Positions 57,447-64,000 of a stretch of 64,000 bases of DNA are shown here, piece by piece. The notes beneath the pieces are model-generated. The model was not told where the DNA came from. It saw nothing but the letters and a program-made list of their open reading frames with translations, and searched no databases. Position 1 is the first letter of the stretch; each line of letters opens with the position of its first letter. A program made the translations under genes and the position numbers. The DNA comes from Candidatus Latescibacterota bacterium. Its GTDB lineage: Bacteria > Latescibacterota > UBA2968 > UBA8231. The stretch covers positions 3,936,001 through 4,000,000 of the forward strand of contig OZ244561.1 of NCBI GenBank assembly GCA_965217585.1, read 5' to 3'.

Positions 57447-57689
57447 ATGCGCAACGCCATCCTCGCGAGTGCCCTACTGCTCGCCACGCCCCTCGCTGGC
57501 GACCAACTTCGCATCGCCACCTCGAACGACTGGCGCCAATGGCAACTGCCCGGCGACGCCCTCATCTACAACAAAAACGGCAAGCAAGTCACCCAGAAGC
57601 AATACAATAAGCTGATCCCCAGATGGACAAGCTCCTCTTTTTTGTTCCTCCCAACCGCCCTCCGCTTCTCAGGCTTGGTGAGGGGATGA
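57447..57689 (+). pseudogene. Internally deleted remnant of a paralog of the ORF at 3..1415
   Basis: Signal peptide + DWRQWQLPGDA joined to YNKNGKQVTQKQYNKLIP, matching FDKNGKEVSARKYDKLIP of the first ORF. Confidence 0.6.
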
Positions 57690-57699
57690 GGGGGCGATA

Positions 57700-58986
57700 G
57701 TGCGGCCTCTGTCCGAGTCCTTCGGATTTCTCCGTGGCAATGTCCTCGTGCTCACCGTGTCGGGAAGTCTGGGCATGTTCTGCCGGGCCATGGTATTCCC
57801 GTACGTCCCCCTCTACATCCTGGCCCTCGGCGGCGAGCCGGAGCAGATCGGGATCGTTTACGCCTTGGGACCGCTCGGCGGGCTGATCGCGTTTCCGATC
57901 GCCGGCTATCTCGCCGACCACATGAACCGGGCTTGGTTGATCGCGGCGGCTGGCTACTTCTCAGCTATAGCCGTGCTGGTGAACGCCGTAGCGCCGAGTT
58001 GGGAATGGGTGGCCGCGGCAATGCTGATGCGGGGCTTTGCCGTGTTCCACTTCCCGGCCTCATCGGCGCTCGTCGCCGACTCCCTGTCCGCTAGAAACCG
58101 GGGTCGCGGAATGGCGACGATGGCCGGCCTGACCGGGGGCTTGGCGCTGTTCGCTCCGTTTGTCGCCGGCCTAGCCATCGACGCCTGGGGAGTGGACGCG
58201 GGGATGCGGATCCTCTACGTGGTGATGGGCTCGGCCTACGCCGCGGGAGCTACGATCAACCTGATCTTCATCCGCGAGACCCGGAAGCCACCAGCGGAAG
58301 CGGTGAGTGCCGCCAACCTCGGACAGACGCTACACCGTTCCTACACTGGTATCCCGGCGCTGCTGCGGGGTTTCCCGCGCTCGCTGCGGGCCGTGTCCGT
58401 GGTGATCATTCTGTGTTTCATCGCCAACGGTGTGGCCGGCCCCTTTTGGGTGGTGTACGCGAAGACCCACCTTGGGCTAACGGCTTCGCAGTGGGGGCTG
58501 ATCTTGCTGGTAGAGTTCGGTTTGCGGAATCTGACGACGGTTCCCGCGGGGTTCCTCACCGACCGCTTTGGACGCACGCGGTTTCTCATCGCCGCTTTGC
58601 TGCTCTCCGCCGCGACTCCACTGTATCTGCTGGCTGGCTCCTTTGGGTTCGTGCTGGCGATCCGCTGTGTCATCGCCGTGGCCGCGGCCTTTTTCAGCCC
58701 CGCTATGGGTGCCCTGCTCGCCGACACCGTGCCCAGCGCAATCCGCGGCCGCGTGATGGCCGCCATTGGCCGAGGATCCGTGTCGATCGGCAGTGCCTCT
58801 GGAGGAACGGGCGGCCCTGGGACCGGATTTTTGACCACCCTGCCGCTGATGGCGGCGGCGCTCTGCGGCGGATTCCTCTACGCTTGGAGCCCGGCGACTC
58901 CGTTTCTGCTCGTCTTTGGACTGACCGTCGTCGCCTTACTGGTGTCGATCGCCTTCGTGCGGGATCCAAAAACGGCGCAGGAATAG
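57700..58986 (+). CDS. MFS transporter
   Basis: 12 TM helices, GYLADHMNR and GFLTDRFGR motif A. Confidence 0.9.
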   Translation: MRPLSESFGFLRGNVLVLTVSGSLGMFCRAMVFPYVPLYILALGGEPEQIGIVYALGPLGGLIAFPIAGYLADHMNRAWLIAAAGYFSAIAVLVNAVAPSWEWVAAAMLMRGFAVFHFPASSALVADSLSARNRGRGMATMAGLTGGLALFAPFVAGLAIDAWGVDAGMRILYVVMGSAYAAGATINLIFIRETRKPPAEAVSAANLGQTLHRSYTGIPALLRGFPRSLRAVSVVIILCFIANGVAGPFWVVYAKTHLGLTASQWGLILLVEFGLRNLTTVPAGFLTDRFGRTRFLIAALLLSAATPLYLLAGSFGFVLAIRCVIAVAAAFFSPAMGALLADTVPSAIRGRVMAAIGRGSVSIGSASGGTGGPGTGFLTTLPLMAAALCGGFLYAWSPATPFLLVFGLTVVALLVSIAFVRDPKTAQE

Positions 58987-59112
58987 CTGCCAAGTCGCGG
59001 TTGACCCCTTGCAGCAGCGGGCATATTATTCCCCGACCAACCCATATTCCGCCCGATCCGCACAAAACAGCTAGCAGGCGACTGAGCAATTATGTCGAGG
59101 AAGGGAAGCACT

Positions 59113-59634
59113 ATGTTCGAGCGGCCCGATTGGGACGAGTACTACATGCGGATCGCCATGGCCGTCCGGGCGCGCGCCAACTGCACGGGCAACCGCATTG
59201 GAGCCATCTTGGTGCAGAACGACCGGATCATTTCGACCGGCTACAACGGCACCCCGCACAACATGGTCAACTGCCTCGACGGGGGGTGCGACCGCTGCGA
59301 CCGCCGCGACCAGTACACTTCGGGCAAGGACTACGATTTGTGCATCTGCGTCCACGCCGAGCAAAACGCGCTTTTGTCGGCGGCCCGCTTTGGGATCGCC
59401 ACCGAAGGAGCGGTGCTGTATTCGACGATGCGGCCTTGTTTTGGCTGTGCCAAAGAAATCCTCCAAGCCAAGATACACGCGGTGTATTATTTGCACGATT
59501 GGATCTATCCCGACGCCGAGCGACAGGCCAGCTACGAGGAGCTGTTGTCCTTTGTACCCGGAGGCGTGCGGGCCGTGGCCATGGACGACTCACACGCGGC
59601 TTGGGCCGTTTCCTCCTTGCGCCAAGATGAGTGA
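59113..59634 (+). CDS. dCMP deaminase (ComEB-like)
   Basis: RPDWDEYYM, TGYNGTP, HAEQNA and PCFGC motifs. Confidence 0.92.
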   Translation: MFERPDWDEYYMRIAMAVRARANCTGNRIGAILVQNDRIISTGYNGTPHNMVNCLDGGCDRCDRRDQYTSGKDYDLCICVHAEQNALLSAARFGIATEGAVLYSTMRPCFGCAKEILQAKIHAVYYLHDWIYPDAERQASYEELLSFVPGGVRAVAMDDSHAAWAVSSLRQDE

Positions 59635-61097
59635 GGATGAGGCGCACTGCTTGGGCCGCGTGGGCGAGCCTGATGGCCGTGGGGGCCGTCGGTGCCGAGC
59701 CGGTCGCCGTGGTGCCGACAGCCTCCAAGCCAACGCTCGATGGCATCTTGGTCGAGTGGGGGGCACCCGAGCGCATCGGCCTAGTCCCCGGGGGAGAGCG
59801 AGTGGGTGTGCGCGGGGCCTTCACCGGCTCGTCAGATCACGAGGCCGACCTCTACCTGATGTGGGATGCCGACTACGTGTACGTGGCAGCCGCGGTAGTT
59901 GACGATACCGTAGATGCCCAACAGATTCCCCCTGACAAAAACGAATGGCGCGGCCCATCCGGGGAGCGCAAAGACGCGATGTTTTACTACGATCACCTAA
60001 AAATTTTCTTGCGCGGCCCAGAGCAGCCCTTGGGGCATACCATCTGGCTGAGTCCGGCCGACGGCGCACCCTATCTGTGGGGCGGCTTGCAACGCGAGAA
60101 GCCTACAGAGCGCTTGCCCGTAGAGGCCGGAGGGGCGCTGCGCGATCAGCTCTACACCTTTGAAGTGGGCATTCCCTGGAGTTGGTTGGGCCTCTATCCC
60201 CAGCCCGACATGGTGCTCGACGCGCTCTTTTTGCTGCCGGATTCCGACCGGCCCACCGAGGCACTGCGCAATAAGGTGCGGCAGAGCAACAAGTGGATCT
60301 GGTGGCAGGGCAAGGTGCAGCTCAAGGGGCAGCCACCGGGGTTGCGCCAACCGCCCAAGGCGCAGGTCATCGCGGAGATCGCGGCGAAGACTCGGGAGAT
60401 TACCGTGCCTAAAGTAGTGGCCCGAGAGGAAAAGGAGAAAGATCGGGAGGAACAGGACGGGCAGGATTCGGTTGTAGTTGAGCAAGCCCTGGACGAACGG
60501 GCGAGAATCCCAGCTGAGGCGGACAGCGGCGATGCTGGCACAGTAACGGCCGCAAGTAGGTCCCAAGAGGCCGTGCAAACTGCGTCGGCACCTGCGCTCA
60601 GGTCGCGGCTGAATCGGTCGTTATTGGCGAAGAGGCATCGGGCGCCGGATTGGGTGCGGGCGCTCAATGACGACGAGGGGGTGTCACAGGGCCAAGTCGA
60701 TTCTCTCTATTATAGATTGACTTATTCGCTGGCGCGCCTGACCGCGGACCGCATTAATGCCCGCACCGATGGGCTGGTCATGGACCTAGCTGAATACGCG
60801 GGTACTTGGCGGGCGCAGGCGCGGCATTTCTTGCAAAAACTGCTGGCCAAGACACTCGCCGACCTAGAGCAGGGGCGGCTGCATCCGCATATCGCGGCGG
60901 CGGCGGCAGAGGCCGGCGTGGATAGCGACAAGGCCACCCGCTTAGTGCAATTCCTCTGCCGCGAGGCCCTTAAAATATACGCCAAGGGCAAGGTCGCTAG
61001 TTCCGAAACCCTAATCGACAAAGCGCGACGGCGAGCCAAACTCTCCGAGGAGCAGGCGCAAGACCTGCTGGCAGTGCTGGCGGCGGCTATTCGATAA
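59631..61097 (+). CDS. Secreted hypothetical protein with N-terminal CBM9-like domain
   Basis: Signal peptide, PTLDGILVEW, YLMWDADYVYVAA.V.DD and YTFEVGIPW. Low-complexity linker and helical C-terminus. Confidence 0.65.
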   Translation: MRMRRTAWAAWASLMAVGAVGAEPVAVVPTASKPTLDGILVEWGAPERIGLVPGGERVGVRGAFTGSSDHEADLYLMWDADYVYVAAAVVDDTVDAQQIPPDKNEWRGPSGERKDAMFYYDHLKIFLRGPEQPLGHTIWLSPADGAPYLWGGLQREKPTERLPVEAGGALRDQLYTFEVGIPWSWLGLYPQPDMVLDALFLLPDSDRPTEALRNKVRQSNKWIWWQGKVQLKGQPPGLRQPPKAQVIAEIAAKTREITVPKVVAREEKEKDREEQDGQDSVVVEQALDERARIPAEADSGDAGTVTAASRSQEAVQTASAPALRSRLNRSLLAKRHRAPDWVRALNDDEGVSQGQVDSLYYRLTYSLARLTADRINARTDGLVMDLAEYAGTWRAQARHFLQKLLAKTLADLEQGRLHPHIAAAAAEAGVDSDKATRLVQFLCREALKIYAKGKVASSETLIDKARRRAKLSEEQAQDLLAVLAAAIR

Positions 61098-61101
61098 CTT
61101 T

Positions 61102-62151
61102 ATGCCCGTATTTTCTATCGAACACTTGCGCCAAGTCGGCGCAACCATCTTCGCGGCAGCCGGCGCACCGCCCGCCGCCGCCGATGTCGTCGCCAAGCTG
61201 CTGGCCGACGCCAATGCCGTGGGGCACGACTCGCACGGCGTCATCCGCATTCCCCAATACATAAGCACCATCGAAAAGGGGGAGATCGTTCCCCACGCCA
61301 AAGTCGAAGTCGTGCGCCAGACCGCGGCCGCGGTCGTGCTCGACGGGCACTGGGGATTTGGCCAAGTCGTGATGAACCAAGCGGTGGAGATGGGCTTGGA
61401 GCGCGCCGGCAACTGCGGGGTCGCCGCCATAACCGTCAAAAACTCCAACCACATCGGTCGCCTCGGCAGCTATGTGGAGCGCGTCGCCGAGGCGAATATG
61501 ATCGGCCTGCTCTGCGCCAACTCGCACGGCGGCGGCGCCAGCGTGGCCCCTTGGGGCGGCATAGCCGGGCGCTTGGGCACCAACCCGCTGGCGGGCGGCT
61601 GGCCCGACGGAGAGGGCGGAGCACTCGTGCTGGACATCACCACCAGCGTGGTGGCCGAGGGCAAGGTGCGAGTCAAACGCAACCGCGGCGAGCCGGTCCC
61701 CGAGGGGTGGATCATCGACGCAGCCGGCCGGCCATCGACCGATCCCGCGGACTTTTACGACGAGCCGCGCGGCAGCCTCTTGCCCTTTGGCGGCGTCATG
61801 GGCTACAAGGGCTACGGACTCGGGGTGGTGGTGGAGCTGTTGGGTGGGGCGCTGAGCGGGGCGGGTTGTGCGCGGGGCCGGAAGGTGCGGATCGGCAATG
61901 GCTGCTTTCTGCTAGTCATCGACATTGGGCGCTTTCAGCCGCTAGCCGAGTACGCGGCCCAAGTGCGGGCGTTCGCGGCCTATTTGCGAGCCTCGCCCAA
62001 GGCCGCAGGCGTCGATGCCATTCTGCTACCCGGAGAGTTGGAAAAGCGCGAGCGCCAGCGGCGACACGCCGGCGTGGCTATCGAGGAAGAAACTTGGCGG
62101 CAAATCATAGATTGCGCGCGGCGGGTTGGTGCCGCTCTACCAAGTGTTTAG
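61102..62151 (+). CDS. Ldh_2 family (malate/L-lactate/ureidoglycolate dehydrogenase) oxidoreductase
   Basis: GHDSHGV.RI, NHIGRLG, GTNPL, LDITTS and YKGYGL motifs. Confidence 0.9.
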   Translation: MPVFSIEHLRQVGATIFAAAGAPPAAADVVAKLLADANAVGHDSHGVIRIPQYISTIEKGEIVPHAKVEVVRQTAAAVVLDGHWGFGQVVMNQAVEMGLERAGNCGVAAITVKNSNHIGRLGSYVERVAEANMIGLLCANSHGGGASVAPWGGIAGRLGTNPLAGGWPDGEGGALVLDITTSVVAEGKVRVKRNRGEPVPEGWIIDAAGRPSTDPADFYDEPRGSLLPFGGVMGYKGYGLGVVVELLGGALSGAGCARGRKVRIGNGCFLLVIDIGRFQPLAEYAAQVRAFAAYLRASPKAAGVDAILLPGELEKRERQRRHAGVAIEEETWRQIIDCARRVGAALPSV

Positions 62152-62169
62152 CACAAGGAGAACTATTTA

Positions 62170-63804
62170 ATGAAAGCGTCCGATCTCTTCGTCCACGCCT
62201 TGGAGCACGAGGGTGTGGAATTCCTCTTCGGCATTCCGGGCGAGGAAAACCTCGACCTACTCGAATCGCTGCGCGGGTCCGAGCAGATCCAACTGATCCT
62301 CAACCGCCACGAGCAAGCCGCCGGCTTCATGGCCGCCACGTACGGCCGTCTCACCGGCAAGACCGGCGTTTGCCTATCCACCCTAGGACCGGGGGCGACC
62401 AACTTCGTCACCTCCGCCGCCTACGCCCAACTCGGCGCGATGCCCATGCTGATGATCACCGGCCAAAAGCCCATCAAGTCGAGCAAGCAAGGGCAGTTCC
62501 AGATCGTCGATATCGTCGAGATGATGCGGCCCCTAACCAAGTACACCCACCAGATCGTCAGCGGCGACAGCGTGCCCTCCCGCGTCCGCGAGGCGTTCCG
62601 CTTAGCCGAGGAGGAGCGGCCCGGAGCCGTGCATTTAGAGCTGCCCGAAGACATCGCCTGCGAAGACACCGCTACGCCGCTCTTCCCCAAGGACCGAGTG
62701 CGGCGGCCCATTCCGGAAGAAAAGGCCATCGCCCAAGCCGCCGACCTAATCGAAGCGGCGCAAAGCCCCCTCTTGCTCATCGGCGCCGGGGCCAACCGCA
62801 AGCGCACCTCCAAGATGCTGTTCAACTTCATCCGCGACACCGGCATCCCGTTCTTCACCACCCAGATGGGCAAGGGCGTCGTCGACGAGCGCGACCCGCT
62901 CTTTTTGGGCAATGCCGCGCTGTCGGCCCACGACCCGCTGCACTGCGCCATCGACCGCGCCGACCTCATCATCAACGTCGGCCACGACGTGGTTGAGAAG
63001 CCGCCGTTTTTCATGGAGGCCGACGGCCTACAGGTCATTCACGTCAACTTCTCTTCGGCCTCGGTCGATCCGGTCTATTTCCCCCAGCTAGAGGTCATCG
63101 GCGACATCGGCAACAGCATCTGGCAGTTGCTGCTGCGGATCAACCGGCAAAAGACCTGGGACTTCAGCTATTTCGCCAAGGTCAAGGAGTGGATTGACCA
63201 GATCCGCTCAGTCGGCAACGACGACCCTGGCTTCCCCATCGCGCCCCAACGGCTCGTCGCCGACGTGCGCCGCGTCATGCCCGATGACGGCATTATATGC
63301 CTCGACAACGGCGTCTATAAGATCTGGTTCGCCCTCAACTATCGCGCCCACGAGCCTAATACCGTGCTGTTGGACAACGCCTTGGCGACCATGGGGGCCG
63401 GGCTACCCTCGGCCATGGCAGCGCGGTTGGTGGAGCCAGACAAACAGGTCATGGCCATCTGCGGCGACGGCGGGTTTATGATGAATTCCCAAGAGTTGGA
63501 GACTGCGGTGCGCCTCGGGATGAACCTCGTGGTCCTCATTCTGCGCGACGACGGCTACGGCATGATCAAGTGGAAGCAGGCCGACATGGGCTTTGCCGAT
63601 TGGGGCCTCGATTACGGCAACCCGGATTTCGTTCAATACGCCGCCAGCTACGGAGCGCACGGCCACCGCATCGGCGCCACCGCCGAGTTGCTGCCGACGC
63701 TGCGCACCTGCCTCGACGCGCGGGGAGTGCATTTGATCGAGGTGCCGGTTGATTATTCGGGCAATCAGGACCTCCTCGAAAAGGAGTTGGTCTGTCCGGC
63801 ATGA
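62170..63804 (+). CDS. Acetolactate synthase large subunit (ThDP enzyme)
   Basis: FGIPGEENL, RHEQAAGFMA, TLGPGATN and GDGGFMMNSQE motifs. Confidence 0.92.
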   Translation: MKASDLFVHALEHEGVEFLFGIPGEENLDLLESLRGSEQIQLILNRHEQAAGFMAATYGRLTGKTGVCLSTLGPGATNFVTSAAYAQLGAMPMLMITGQKPIKSSKQGQFQIVDIVEMMRPLTKYTHQIVSGDSVPSRVREAFRLAEEERPGAVHLELPEDIACEDTATPLFPKDRVRRPIPEEKAIAQAADLIEAAQSPLLLIGAGANRKRTSKMLFNFIRDTGIPFFTTQMGKGVVDERDPLFLGNAALSAHDPLHCAIDRADLIINVGHDVVEKPPFFMEADGLQVIHVNFSSASVDPVYFPQLEVIGDIGNSIWQLLLRINRQKTWDFSYFAKVKEWIDQIRSVGNDDPGFPIAPQRLVADVRRVMPDDGIICLDNGVYKIWFALNYRAHEPNTVLLDNALATMGAGLPSAMAARLVEPDKQVMAICGDGGFMMNSQELETAVRLGMNLVVLILRDDGYGMIKWKQADMGFADWGLDYGNPDFVQYAASYGAHGHRIGATAELLPTLRTCLDARGVHLIEVPVDYSGNQDLLEKELVCPA

Positions 63805-63876
63805 GCGAGTAGCGCATGGGTTGTTTGACCTGACGGCCAACACTTCAGGCGCTAGGCAACCAAGGTCCGTAGAAGG

Positions 63877-64000
63877 ATGTTCAACTCCACGTCGCACAAG
63901 ATCCCGAGTCCGTTCACCTGGAAGGGACTGGTGGCCGGCATCTCGCTGTCGCTCTTGGTGGGGACCGGCGTGCCCTACGCCGTACTGCTCGTCGGTGGCG
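63877..64000 (+). CDS. Membrane protein, 3'-partial
   Basis: MFNSTSHKIPSPFTWKGLVAGISLSLLVGTGVPYAVLLVGG, open to window end. AGAAGG RBS. Confidence 0.55.
   Translation, partial: MFNSTSHKIPSPFTWKGLVAGISLSLLVGTGVPYAVLLVGG

Noticed and set aside
59113-59634. dCMP deaminase as an anti-phage dCTP deaminase
   Set aside because: Short stand-alone ComEB-type protein without a kinase domain, with host-like GC and a housekeeping context.

Overview
GC-rich bacterial chromosomal window. The FlgD-Ig-tailed secreted proteins, sulfatase, enolase-superfamily and sugar-acid catabolic genes, and futalosine-pathway genes suggest Latescibacterota or another FCB relative (inference). Most of it is housekeeping or catabolic: purM, mqnB/mqnD, hisS, dgoD-like, clpP, mutM, an RND efflux operon and acetolactate synthase. 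No rRNA, tRNA, cas gene or multi-repeat CRISPR array was seen. Three accessory regions stand out. (1) About 41.5-54.5 kb is a defence island. It holds an IS-split mazF TA module and a WYL regulator followed by a DriD/PafBC-like activator site (TGCGAC-N7-GTCGCA plus -10). Next come an IS5 with an adjacent deletion and a Type III R-M locus (truncated mod, AbiJ-NTD4 gene, res). The Res subunit is fused in frame to an RHH antitoxin directly upstream of relE, and a convergent membrane coiled-coil plus vWA-like gene pair closes the island. (2) About 14.6-19.6 kb has an orphan adenine methyltransferase and an HTH-ImmA/IrrE + DUF4411 + HNH cluster. (3) About 4.4-4.75 kb has a solitary type I-C-like CRISPR repeat within a putative small transcription unit. 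Several unannotated small ORFs, a 100-bp MITE and a deleted paralog remnant were also found. All family calls come from motif recognition by eye, not database searches.
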